The notes under the pieces: model-generated
What the model saw: only the letters and a program-made list of their open reading frames with translations
Databases searched by the model: none
What the model was told of the DNA's origin: nothing
Shown here: one piece after another, positions 48,551 to 58,084 of the stretch
Layout of the letters: every line of letters starts with the position of its first letter
How positions within the stretch are numbered: position 1 is the first letter of the stretch
Virus record (IMG/VR): IMGVR_UViG_3300023180_000058
Location: 1-59,533 of that record
From: a virus
Taxonomy: Duplodnaviria; Caudoviricetes
DNA: 59,533 nt
Strand: one strand, 5' to 3'
Position numbers and translations under genes: made by a program

Positions 48551-48725
48551 TTACCAAGAAGTAATATACGAAGAGTTGTTTGCCTTAAAATACCATGGCG
48601 GATTTTCTTTGTTTGAATCTTACTCAATCCCAGTTGGTTTAAGAAAATGGTTTATTCAAAGATTGATTAGACAAAAAGAAGATGAAGAAGAACAAATAAA
48701 AAAAGCAAGAAAAAGCAACAAATAA
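48534..48725 (+). CDS. Probable +1 frameshift extension of the tail chaperone (G/GT-like second part)
   Basis: Protein-like sequence FGLTSSYQEVIYEELFALKYHGGFSLFESYSIPVGLRKWFIQRL begins at TTT 48534, overlapping the chaperone end. No SD-led ATG. Confidence 0.6.
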   Translation, partial: FGLTSSYQEVIYEELFALKYHGGFSLFESYSIPVGLRKWFIQRLIRQKEDEEEQIKKARKSNK

Positions 48726-48755
48726 GAAAACCCGCTTTATGGCGGGTTTTCTTTT
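48724..48755 (+). terminator. Rho-independent terminator
   Basis: AAGAAAACCCGC-TTTATG-GCGGGTTTTCTTTT. Confidence 0.85.
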
Positions 48756-48759
48756 ATAA

Positions 48760-48769
48760 ACTATTTACT
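48760..48769 (+). promoter_or_regulatory. Putative late promoter motif ACTATTTACT
   Basis: Directly after the terminator, upstream of SD AGGAGG and ATG 48787. Confidence 0.6.
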
Positions 48770-48786
48770 GTGTTAGGAGGAGTTTT

Positions 48787-49122
48787 ATGTCTGAACAAAA
48801 AGAAATTAATGAAGATACCACATTGAATTTAAATTTGGTTCAAGAGTACTATGCTGCTCGCCAAGGAGCTCAGTTAAAATCAGCAGTATTAAAGATGCTT
48901 GGATTTAAAGATTATTCAAGAATTTTTGATGTTTCCCACATTACCGGAACAAGAACTCAAGTTGATTCTTTTACAAGGGCCATCGGTGGTGAAAAAAGAT
49001 ATATGAAAGCTGTTGAAAAATATGGTTTGAACGACCCTCGCACTTACGCTTCAAAGTCAAAATTGAATACAGCTGTTAGAAACTTTGAGCGTGAAACTGG
49101 AATGAAGTGGCCCATTAAGTAA
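48787..49122 (+). CDS. Hypothetical protein
   Basis: 111 aa, strong SD, ends FERETGMKWP. Confidence 0.6.
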   Translation: MSEQKEINEDTTLNLNLVQEYYAARQGAQLKSAVLKMLGFKDYSRIFDVSHITGTRTQVDSFTRAIGGEKRYMKAVEKYGLNDPRTYASKSKLNTAVRNFERETGMKWPIK

Positions 49123-49146
49123 TTTTCGTTTTAAGGTAGCTTTGTA

Positions 49147-51429
49147 ATGGCAAATGATGATAACAATCAAAATCAAGATCTTGAGAATCAACAAGAATTA
49201 GCTAACTACAAGGAATTTTTAAAGGAGAAACAAAAAACTTTAGAGTTCACGCTAAAAGAAATTGAAGCCCAAGTAAAGACTAATCAGCTAACACAAGGAC
49301 AAGCGGATCTTCTTACAGAGATAGCGAAAACCCAAGACGAAATTCGGCAACTAAAACGAGAAGGGCAAGACATAGATGTAGAGGAATTAGCAAATCTCCA
49401 AAAAAAGCTAGAATTAACACAAAACCTCTCAAATGCAATTAATGACGCCGCAACACAAGGCGGTCTCTTAGCTGATAAAATTGCCCCGATAAGTAATTCT
49501 TTCTCCAGGGCGGCAGTAGCTAGTTTTGAAGCTGGAAAAGGCATTAGAGGCATGGGGGCCGCAATTAAAGCTTATGGTTTAAATGCCGCCAAGGGCCTAA
49601 GTTTTTCAAAGGTGCTTTTTTCCGGCGTAGAGCGTTTGATAGAATCAACCATAGCGGCAGTTTCTGCTGCTGATGCCGCCGGTGCTTCTTTCGTTCAGGC
49701 TACAGGGGCTTCTCGTGACTTTGCAAGAGCAGCATTTGACACTAGAGAATCCTTGGGTCTTATGGGCATCAGCGGCGCCGAAGCCGTTGGAACAATGGGA
49801 AGGCTGTATTCAGGGTTTAGCGAGTTTTCAGAGCTATCCCGAGACTCACAACAAGACTTTACAGTGTTGTCTGCGCAAATAGAAAAGCTTGGTGGCGACG
49901 CCGCAGGTATGGCACAGACATTTACAAAAGTTGCAGGAATGTCTTTGGCTGAAACAGAAACGGCAATGAGAGAAGTCGCCGGCGCAGCAGATGCTCTCGG
50001 CATACCTTTTAGTCAAGTATCGGCTGATCTTGTCGCAATGGGCGAGTTGTTTGCAAAGATGGGATCCGGTGCCATGGATGTCTTTTTGGAGTTGCAAGCA
50101 GCTTCAAAAGCAACCGGATTGTCCGTTCAGGAACTTTATAACATTGTTGGTCAATACGACACCTTTGAGGCTTCATCCCAAGCAGCCGGTCGCCTAAACA
50201 TGGTCCTAGGCGGCAACTTGCTTGATACGTATTCTCTTTTGAATGCCACAGAAGAAGAAAGAATAGAGTTGCTACAAAGAGCAATGGAACAATCTTCATT
50301 GACTTTTGACGAAATGGACCGCTACCAAAAAAGGGAAGTTTCAGATGCCCTTAACATCTCCTTGGAAGAAGCGGCACAACTTTTTGGAACAACTCGTGGC
50401 GAAGTAGAAAAAACCGCCGCAGAGCTAATGCACGCCGGAATGACTCAAGAAGAGCTAGCACAAAGAACAAGAGATGCCTCAACCGCAATGGATAAGTTTA
50501 AAGTTCTTATGGGTAACTTGGCAATATTAGTTGGACCTATTGTTGAAAAGCTCAATGATATAGTTGATGGGCTTTTAGGCATGACAGAAGGGATGGGGGC
50601 GACAAAAGCAGCCTTGTTGGTTCTGTCTGCTGGGCTTGCAGCAGCTGCACTCTCGGCTGGGCTTCTTGGCCTTAGAATGAGAATTGCTGCAGCTGCTGCT
50701 GGCCCGGCCGGAAGATCAATGGCCGCCGGTATCGGTGCCGTAAGCAAAGCAAGCACGAAAGGCGTCGTTGGACTCGGAATCTTCGCCGCCGCCGCCCTCG
50801 TCACAGGCGCAGGCGTCTGGTTGTTAGTTCGAGGCCTTGCTGCCCTGGTTTCAGAGTTTCACGGGCTAGATCCAGACACCATCAGAGCCGCTGCCGGTGC
50901 CTTGATTAAGTTTAGTGCTGCTACTGTACTAATGGGCGTTAGTCGCTTCATGGGTGGCAGTGGAGCAGTTAAAAAGCTAGTAAAAAACATCAATAAATTA
51001 GAAACTGACAAAGTTAATTCTTTTGCTGCAGCAATGTCTTCACTGGAAGGTCTGGCCAATGTCGACCTTGCGGGTTCGGGAGTACCAGGGTTTATAAGGG
51101 ACGTTGGCGAAGCTTTAAATGAACTTCCCGACAGCACAGAAAAAACGGTTGCTTTTAAGGCAACAGCAGATTCGTTGGCCAACTTAATGCAAATTGGCTC
51201 GTCCGTTGAGGCAGAGCAATTAGAAAGAATAAAAATGATCATTGATGCTGTCTCAAACGCTGAAGGCGCTGAAAGCACTAACAGACTAGCAGATGCAATC
51301 AACAGTCTGGTTAGAGGGCAGGCCAACAATCAAGGAACAACAAACACAATAGAACTTGATGGCCGAGTATTGGCTAGGTGGATTGACAGACATGATGCAA
51401 CACGGTTCAGGGCCTCAATTGAACGCTAG
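49147..51429 (+). CDS. Tape measure protein
   Basis: 760 aa, Ala/Gly-rich helical, with hydrophobic segments. Follows tube and chaperone. Ends IELDGRVLA. Confidence 0.8.
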   Translation: MANDDNNQNQDLENQQELANYKEFLKEKQKTLEFTLKEIEAQVKTNQLTQGQADLLTEIAKTQDEIRQLKREGQDIDVEELANLQKKLELTQNLSNAINDAATQGGLLADKIAPISNSFSRAAVASFEAGKGIRGMGAAIKAYGLNAAKGLSFSKVLFSGVERLIESTIAAVSAADAAGASFVQATGASRDFARAAFDTRESLGLMGISGAEAVGTMGRLYSGFSEFSELSRDSQQDFTVLSAQIEKLGGDAAGMAQTFTKVAGMSLAETETAMREVAGAADALGIPFSQVSADLVAMGELFAKMGSGAMDVFLELQAASKATGLSVQELYNIVGQYDTFEASSQAAGRLNMVLGGNLLDTYSLLNATEEERIELLQRAMEQSSLTFDEMDRYQKREVSDALNISLEEAAQLFGTTRGEVEKTAAELMHAGMTQEELAQRTRDASTAMDKFKVLMGNLAILVGPIVEKLNDIVDGLLGMTEGMGATKAALLVLSAGLAAAALSAGLLGLRMRIAAAAAGPAGRSMAAGIGAVSKASTKGVVGLGIFAAAALVTGAGVWLLVRGLAALVSEFHGLDPDTIRAAAGALIKFSAATVLMGVSRFMGGSGAVKKLVKNINKLETDKVNSFAAAMSSLEGLANVDLAGSGVPGFIRDVGEALNELPDSTEKTVAFKATADSLANLMQIGSSVEAEQLERIKMIIDAVSNAEGAESTNRLADAINSLVRGQANNQGTTNTIELDGRVLARWIDRHDATRFRASIER

Positions 51430-51438
51430 GAGAAACAA

Positions 51439-52311
51439 ATGGCAGATTACATAATCGATTATGCAAACGTAAAGAATTATTATTTTATTTTCTATTCTGT
51501 GGTTTCCGGTGATAAGGTTGAATTCCCAGCTTTGTTAACTAAACTAGACGATAAGTTCTCTCCGAGTTGGAACCCTCAAAAAGTCTTCGGCCGACAAGAT
51601 CCGATTTTAACTTTTCAAGGAACTGAAAGAACAATGGACGTTGCTTTTGATGTCCCTTCCCATAGCAAAGAACAAGCATCATTAAACTTAGCTTCTCTTA
51701 ACAAACTAATCAATTTTCTTTATCCAGGGTTTATTGAAGCAGGATCTGCAAATGCAATCTCGGCGTCTCCCTTATTGCGAATAAAATTTGCGAACTTAAT
51801 CTATGACCAATCACGAGGGGTGCCCAGCGACGACCCAAAAAGTGGATTAGTTTGCGGCATAACCAACTTTTCCCATAGTTTTAAATTTGATGGGTCTGCT
51901 GGCTGGGTTGATGAAGTTGGTTCGGCAATCCCTGCTTTCTTTTCGGTGAGCTTTTCAGCCACAATCCTTCACACGCACGATCTTGGGTACATTGAAGGAG
52001 AGCCTGCCATTACGAGGGGGTTCATTAATGAAAGCGCTTTATACCCTTATTATATACGTGATGAAGTTGTCGAGCAAACCATGACACGAGCTTTTTCCGT
52101 CGGAAGCGATGTCGCAGATAGAGCCATCTCCTCCGCCGACGACATCAGGGAGGAAAACCTGCCTCCGGTTCTACAGGGCAGCGTATTTCGGTCGCAAGAC
52201 TTTAATGAGCCGATCGAAATTGACACTTCTATCCCAATCCGTGCCCCCAGCGCCCGTACGGCGGGTCGTTCTCTCACCCCAATAACCGAAAGCGATGCTA
52301 GCAGCGATTAA
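51439..52311 (+). CDS. Baseplate tube-initiator-like protein (gp48/gp54-type)
   Basis: FPA.LT..DKFSPSW....FGRQDP..TFQGTERT, LYP, PLLRIKF. Position after the tape measure gene. Confidence 0.6.
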   Translation: MADYIIDYANVKNYYFIFYSVVSGDKVEFPALLTKLDDKFSPSWNPQKVFGRQDPILTFQGTERTMDVAFDVPSHSKEQASLNLASLNKLINFLYPGFIEAGSANAISASPLLRIKFANLIYDQSRGVPSDDPKSGLVCGITNFSHSFKFDGSAGWVDEVGSAIPAFFSVSFSATILHTHDLGYIEGEPAITRGFINESALYPYYIRDEVVEQTMTRAFSVGSDVADRAISSADDIREENLPPVLQGSVFRSQDFNEPIEIDTSIPIRAPSARTAGRSLTPITESDASSD

Positions 52312-52323
52312 AAGATTTAAACA

Positions 52324-52659
52324 ATGTCAAGATACACAAACAAAAGAATCTTCCAAGCCAATAGAACACCGGCAGCAAAAGACATACTAAGATCAAGAAA
52401 TCTAATAAACACAAGATTAATTGAAACAGCACTTGCCCAGCCTCTTTCTAATGAGGAAAGAGGGCAATATTCAATGCGAACCGTTATTTGGCAAAGAAGA
52501 ACTAGATTGTTTAAGCTAGCTTTTGAGTTTTATGGAGACTCAAAACTTTGGTGGATTATTGCTTGGTTTAATCAAAAGCCAACCGACGCACACTTTTCTG
52601 TTGGGGATGAAGTTTTGATTCCTTTTCCATTGGATCAAATCTACGAGAGGCTTATTTAG
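52324..52659 (+). CDS. Baseplate wedge LysM-like protein (gp53-type)
   Basis: RLFKLAFEFYGDSKLWWIIAWFN...GDEVLIP. Confidence 0.75.
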   Translation: MSRYTNKRIFQANRTPAAKDILRSRNLINTRLIETALAQPLSNEERGQYSMRTVIWQRRTRLFKLAFEFYGDSKLWWIIAWFNQKPTDAHFSVGDEVLIPFPLDQIYERLI

Positions 52660-55600
52660 ATGGCTACAATTAATCCACAACGTTTAAATCCTGAACAAGT
52701 TGCTCTTATAAATGAGAATGTTCAACTGCGTATAAATATAATTATTCCGTACGAGGAATGGAACGACCGACGGCGGCAAGGTTTCAGTTCCGGCACTGCG
52801 GTAACACCAAATGGCGACCCTATAAACGAAGACCTTTATTTGTCAACTTTGGAGGAGATCGGGGTAAATAGAGCTCAAGTTTTAGAAGTTAACGACCCCC
52901 CTATAACACCCTCTCGTTTCCAGGGCCAGCTGAACGACCAGCTCCAACCAATTAAAGACGAAGAAGATAAGGTAATAGCCGGCGGCGGCCCTGGCGGGAG
53001 CTACGGCATACCAACGTTTATAATAGATCCAGCAACCGGACAAACGAGCGCCCTTGCTCAGTCAGAAGGAATTCCCCTTGCAGGCGAGATCCAAGAGCTA
53101 ACTGGCGAAGCAGCCGTAACTTTCTTGTTAAACAGACAGCAAGGCGTCCTGGCCACACTAAACGAACGGATAATAGAAGACTTCTTTGACATGGAAATGA
53201 CAAAACAAACAAACGTCATACCAGCAAGTTTTAGAGACGGAGGCTTGCTGATCAACTTCCTTCAAAAAAGACCAAGCCTTCTTCCATTCTTCGCAATGCG
53301 CACACCATATCTGTCTTTGTTGGTTCCAAAGATAAGATTGTTTAAAAGAGTATATAGAAGACAGACTGATGGCTCATATGCAATCCATAGCGATGGTGAT
53401 CTAGAGTTTAAGTTTAAGTCGTTTACAAAAAACTCAGACATCGATGACATAACTAGCTACAATTTTGGAAGGGCCGGTGGCGCAGGGATTAAAAGTGTTA
53501 ATTGGTCCTATGAAGGAACAAACCCAGAAGCTGTTAGGTCGTTTGTTAACTTTGATATATCATTGTTCTTTCAAAGTTTAAGCGATTTTGTTGGCACCAA
53601 TACTAACGACGCCGAAGAAGCCTTAAGAAATCGAGACAGTGTTGATTTAATTAATCTTATTGGTGCTGGTATTGGCGTAGCAGACGAAGATGGCCAAGTA
53701 GAGTTTAAATTTGAGATAACAGCACAACTAGGTTGGGAACTCGATCGATCAATCAACCACAACCTTGCTGAAGATCAGAAAATAGAAGAGATCAAAGCAA
53801 TCATCAGCCAGACAAACACAAACCTTCGCCTTTCTCTACAAGAGCACAACATTAATTTTAACGAAGATGGTACTTTAACCTTAGACATAAGCTATTATTC
53901 CGCTATTGATGAAGTTTTCTCAGATGAGAGTCTTAACATTTTACGAATTGGCCTCCCGGAAGAGGGCACGGCAATCCAGTCGATCGAAGAAGCAAGAGCA
54001 ATTTTGGATTTAAGTACTCTAGGGACTCCAGGGGGCGCCTCTGGTGAATTAGATCCGTGCGCAGTCTCCACACTGGCGGACGCCATTCGTCCCAGTGTTT
54101 CTGATCTTGTAGATAATGAAGAGCCAACCGAGGAAGAGTTAGCCATCGCCGCAGCGTTGCAAGGTTCTGATGATGAAAACATAATTCAGAACTATAATAA
54201 TATATTTAGGAAGATGATCGAAAGCAATAAGATTTACAGATTACAAGTCAGCACGGCTCAGGTTATCGGTTCGGTGAGCAGTCGCATTAATAATAATGAT
54301 GCTGCACAGAGTGAGATTGTGATTAGGAATCTAACAGAAGATGTAATAAGAAATATAAGCACCGGTGATGACCTAAGAGTTGGAAAAATAACAATAGAAT
54401 CAGTGGAGCCTCCTGCGGATCAACAAGCTATCGATGCTGCTGCAGAAGCCGCACGTGCAGCCGATTACGAGGTTGGTCCAAACCTAGATGGTATTGATTT
54501 GGGGCAGGCCCTAGATCTGGAAATACTAAATAAATATGCTGACGTCGGTCAAGGGCGAGGCCCCCTAACCATTGACTTTATAAGACTAGGAGACCTTTTA
54601 GACAACATAATAAGCGGATTGAAGGAAATACCAGGAACGCCTCTACAGGAAAGGGAAGAAGACTTCTTATTCGTAACCGGTCTTTACACCTACAGAGATA
54701 TCGCAGCAGGTATACGAAAGGCATATAATTATTCTGATATGCTTATTTCTATTGATGCTTTTAGGTCATTTTTTACTGAGAAGATCATAAGGCCACTAAA
54801 AGTAAAATACAACCTAACAGACTTTATTATCGATATCGCAAATAAATTTTCTTATGTCAACTCAGTCCGGACGGCTAGCCAGGGCACTTTTGTTGTTGCC
54901 GAAGGCCGACCGACATTTGCAGCCTTCCAAGCGCCTTATTACAACTTGCGGGGATTCGTAGACGCACAAGATTTCATCCGAGCGCTCCCACCCGTCAGCC
55001 TAATTGGTATTGTGCCGGAGACCTACGCACAGTTAGTTAGGATCTACAACCCAACGTCATCCCCTAGCCCCAGAAGAGAAATAAGTTATTTTATTTTACG
55101 CAGTAGTGGTTACGCTATACAGAGAGATGGTGATGAACAAGAGGATATTAATGAAGGGATCTACCATTTAAAGCTAGGCTCTGATAGAGGCATCTTAAAA
55201 TCAGTTAAGTTTAGAAAAGATGAAATTAGAGGCCGTAGAGAAGGTAGGATTGTTCGTGCCGGCGGCTTAAATCTAACAGCGCTAAGAGAAAAGTACGACG
55301 CTACAATAACAACCTTTGGTGCACCCTTCATCTTTCCAGGAATGTATATATATCTTAACCCTTCCTTGATTGGCTTTGGTGCTGGGGCCGCCTCTGCCAC
55401 AAACGTTTTAGGTTTGGGTGGGTATTACTTTATCAATAAAGTTAGGAACTCAATTAGCTCAGACGGATCATTTGATACAGAAATTGAAGCAAGCTGGGAA
55501 GCCTCTGCCGGCACCGATTGTAACGAGCCCGAACTCGAAATTATCCGTTCCCCTGTCAACGCAGAAAATCCATTGGGATTGTTTGACCCCGTTACCGGAG

Positions 55601-55800
55601 AAATTGCTGGATCGCCCGCATCGTCGACGCCACCCGCTGCCGGAGGCTCTGCTGCCGAGCCGATATCACTCGAACCGGAAGACGTCGCTGAAAGAATCAA
55701 CACATCTCCTGCCGGGCAGTACGTCAGAGCAGTTGGCGGTACCGATGGGGTTGTGGTCGTTCCCAGAGGCGGTGGCGGTGGCGGCCGAGTCGGTTGGTAG
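52660..55800 (+). CDS. Baseplate hub-like protein (gp27/late-control-D-type) with large insertions
   Basis: GAGIKSVNW; C-terminal YDATITTFGAPFIFPGMYIYL...GGYYFINKVRNSI...FDTEIEA typical of hub proteins. Confidence 0.6.
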   Translation: MATINPQRLNPEQVALINENVQLRINIIIPYEEWNDRRRQGFSSGTAVTPNGDPINEDLYLSTLEEIGVNRAQVLEVNDPPITPSRFQGQLNDQLQPIKDEEDKVIAGGGPGGSYGIPTFIIDPATGQTSALAQSEGIPLAGEIQELTGEAAVTFLLNRQQGVLATLNERIIEDFFDMEMTKQTNVIPASFRDGGLLINFLQKRPSLLPFFAMRTPYLSLLVPKIRLFKRVYRRQTDGSYAIHSDGDLEFKFKSFTKNSDIDDITSYNFGRAGGAGIKSVNWSYEGTNPEAVRSFVNFDISLFFQSLSDFVGTNTNDAEEALRNRDSVDLINLIGAGIGVADEDGQVEFKFEITAQLGWELDRSINHNLAEDQKIEEIKAIISQTNTNLRLSLQEHNINFNEDGTLTLDISYYSAIDEVFSDESLNILRIGLPEEGTAIQSIEEARAILDLSTLGTPGGASGELDPCAVSTLADAIRPSVSDLVDNEEPTEEELAIAAALQGSDDENIIQNYNNIFRKMIESNKIYRLQVSTAQVIGSVSSRINNNDAAQSEIVIRNLTEDVIRNISTGDDLRVGKITIESVEPPADQQAIDAAAEAARAADYEVGPNLDGIDLGQALDLEILNKYADVGQGRGPLTIDFIRLGDLLDNIISGLKEIPGTPLQEREEDFLFVTGLYTYRDIAAGIRKAYNYSDMLISIDAFRSFFTEKIIRPLKVKYNLTDFIIDIANKFSYVNSVRTASQGTFVVAEGRPTFAAFQAPYYNLRGFVDAQDFIRALPPVSLIGIVPETYAQLVRIYNPTSSPSPRREISYFILRSSGYAIQRDGDEQEDINEGIYHLKLGSDRGILKSVKFRKDEIRGRREGRIVRAGGLNLTALREKYDATITTFGAPFIFPGMYIYLNPSLIGFGAGAASATNVLGLGGYYFINKVRNSISSDGSFDTEIEASWEASAGTDCNEPELEIIRSPVNAENPLGLFDPVTGEIAGSPASSTPPAAGGSAAEPISLEPEDVAERINTSPAGQYVRAVGGTDGVVVVPRGGGGGGRVGW

Positions 55801-55811
55801 ACAATAAAACA

Positions 55812-56900
55812 ATGGCCATACAAGAATTCAACATAGGGAAATTCATACAAAACTACTCAAGAAGGGTTAGAACAAATTATAATAGCGATCTAGATTATAA
55901 ACTTTTCTTGGATCCAGACTTATTTCCACTTATTCCAAAAGATACCAAGCTTGTTGGGTTTAGTCAAGATTCTTTTGTTTTAGAAGAAGTAGCCGAACAA
56001 TACAAAAAGTTTACAGATCTAATAACAAGAAAGATGTTTCAAAAGAAAGTTGGTTTTGAGTTTTATAACTTTACAAAAAAACCAGACTTTTCCAATAACA
56101 ACTTATTAGAAGCATACACAAATAATCTAAATACTTATTATGGTTTACTTGTAGGTTACATAAACGGAAGAAACATAAAAATAAGAAATATCACAGATTT
56201 TTATAATACCTTTTTAGATTACATTGGAAGATACTCTAACATCCTTCCCTTGACTTTTTATAACTTAAACTTTAAGAAAAGGCTATTTTTTGAAAACAGC
56301 GGATTATCAATAGTTATAAAGCAAAAAGGAGTTGGTAACCCAACAGGAATCCTTGAAGACTTTCTTTCCTTTAGAAACATCAGAAGCACCAACGACTATG
56401 TAAGGCTAGCAAATTTACAAGGTTTTGAGGTAGATCTTGCAAACCCTTATCGTTTGGTGTATAATCCATTCAGAAAAATAAATAACGTTGACATCAAGCA
56501 GTTTTATGCTGATAACTTTTTTAACTATTTTAATTTAGAGTTTAGTTATCTTGACACAATGGTCACAACAATGTATAACCAATACAACAAAGACCGTTTT
56601 ACAAACCACTTTTCCGATAAAGACAAAGTTTATTTTCCAAACGAGATGTGCAAGAACCAAATAAGAACAATAAAAGAAAACATCAATAAAGAAGGAACAT
56701 TAACAAAAGAGCAAAAACTAAAACTATACTTCTTTGCGCTTTTATCAGAAACAAACCAAAACGAGATGCCAAATAAAGATAAAGTATTACATAATGCTTT
56801 GGCCGTGGCGGATTCTCTTGACATGCCGTCTGCAATGCGCTATACTGCAGCCCAAGTCAGGAGATCGTCCAAGACAATCACTCTCACCCCGGTTTTTTAA
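55812..56900 (+). CDS. Hypothetical protein (AT-rich)
   Basis: About 362 aa, ATG 55812 preferred. N/F/Y/K-rich with no motif recognised. Confidence 0.55.
   Translation: MAIQEFNIGKFIQNYSRRVRTNYNSDLDYKLFLDPDLFPLIPKDTKLVGFSQDSFVLEEVAEQYKKFTDLITRKMFQKKVGFEFYNFTKKPDFSNNNLLEAYTNNLNTYYGLLVGYINGRNIKIRNITDFYNTFLDYIGRYSNILPLTFYNLNFKKRLFFENSGLSIVIKQKGVGNPTGILEDFLSFRNIRSTNDYVRLANLQGFEVDLANPYRLVYNPFRKINNVDIKQFYADNFFNYFNLEFSYLDTMVTTMYNQYNKDRFTNHFSDKDKVYFPNEMCKNQIRTIKENINKEGTLTKEQKLKLYFFALLSETNQNEMPNKDKVLHNALAVADSLDMPSAMRYTAAQVRRSSKTITLTPVF
56818..56846 (+). promoter_or_regulatory. Sigma70-type promoter (TTGACA-17-TATACT)
   Basis: TTGACA 56818-56823, 17-nt spacer, TATACT 56841-56846. Inside the 3' end of the upstream CDS, about 50 nt before the polymerase start. 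Confidence 0.75.
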
Positions 56901-58084
56901 TGTTCCAAACCCTTGATACGAAAAACAAATGCCACGCTGTCTATGAAGACGGCGTTTTTCATTTTGACGGTGTTGAAACAAAAACCGCAAAAACTTGGTC
57001 CTATCACCACGCAACCGATAAGGAAGATCTGCAAGTTGCAAACATTTGGGCTGGTGGTCGTTCCTTAAAAGAATGTTGCCCAGCCGATGTTATGCCAGAA
57101 TACTTGGAAATCGAGAAAAAACTCCAAGCTTTCAACATGGCTTTTAGCGCCGTTGACTTCAACATCCAAGAATGGTGCGTGTACGACTTTATGCCGCTTT
57201 CTTTTTTGATTGACCTTTGCGAGGTAAAAAATAAAATAACTAAAAACGTCCTGCAAAACTATACCAAGCCAAAATCTTATGATCATTTATTGGAAGTGCA
57301 CCGCTTTCTTTCTGAGATGAACTATAAGGAAGTTCTTTTTGATTTTGATGTGGCGGCACAGGCAAGCACAACAAAGGCCTTACAAAGCAAACTACGAAGC
57401 CTGAAAGGCATAAATAAGTGGGTGCACTACGATCCTTACGGCACGATTACAGGAAGGTTGAGCACAAAGCCAAATACGTTCCCGATTCTTAACCTTCCGC
57501 ACGAGTTTAAAACAGCCGTGCGCCCACATAACGATCTTTTTGTTGAGTTGGATTATAACGCAGCTGAACTTCGCACAATGTTGGCCCTGGCTGGTAAAGA
57601 ACAACCCGAAGAAGACATTCACGAATGGAACATGAAAAACGTGTTCTCTCGTATTGAGGATCGTGATCAAGCAAAGAAAAAAGCTTTCCAGTGGCTTTAT
57701 GGCAAAACCGCCGCAAACAAAACTTTAGAAAAGGTTTACGATAAAGAAAAAATCAAAGCCGATTGGTTTCATTACGATTTTATCAATACACCGTTTGGTC
57801 GTGCGATTGAAAGCGATGACGACCATGCAATCAACTATGTTATTCAGTCAACAACCGCAGACGTTGTTTATGAAAACGGAAACAAAGTCAACAAACTTCT
57901 GAAAGGGCGCCAAACAAGCCTGGCTTTTATTATCCACGACTGTATTATTTTGGACTTAAGCAAAAAAGATCTTGATTTGATCGACAATTTGGTGCATACT
58001 TTCTCCAACACTCGTTTCGGAGACTTTAGAACGACCCTTAAGGCAGGTAAAACACTCGGTAGCCTCAAGAAGATTGCTTTATGA
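56900..58084 (+). CDS. Minimal family-A DNA polymerase-like protein
   Basis: GTITGRLS, motif A LDYNAAELR, motif B RDQAKKKAFQWLYG, INYVIQSTTAD, motif C IIHDC. Only 394 aa with no recognisable exonuclease domain. Confidence 0.8.
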   Translation: MFQTLDTKNKCHAVYEDGVFHFDGVETKTAKTWSYHHATDKEDLQVANIWAGGRSLKECCPADVMPEYLEIEKKLQAFNMAFSAVDFNIQEWCVYDFMPLSFLIDLCEVKNKITKNVLQNYTKPKSYDHLLEVHRFLSEMNYKEVLFDFDVAAQASTTKALQSKLRSLKGINKWVHYDPYGTITGRLSTKPNTFPILNLPHEFKTAVRPHNDLFVELDYNAAELRTMLALAGKEQPEEDIHEWNMKNVFSRIEDRDQAKKKAFQWLYGKTAANKTLEKVYDKEKIKADWFHYDFINTPFGRAIESDDDHAINYVIQSTTADVVYENGNKVNKLLKGRQTSLAFIIHDCIILDLSKKDLDLIDNLVHTFSNTRFGDFRTTLKAGKTLGSLKKIAL

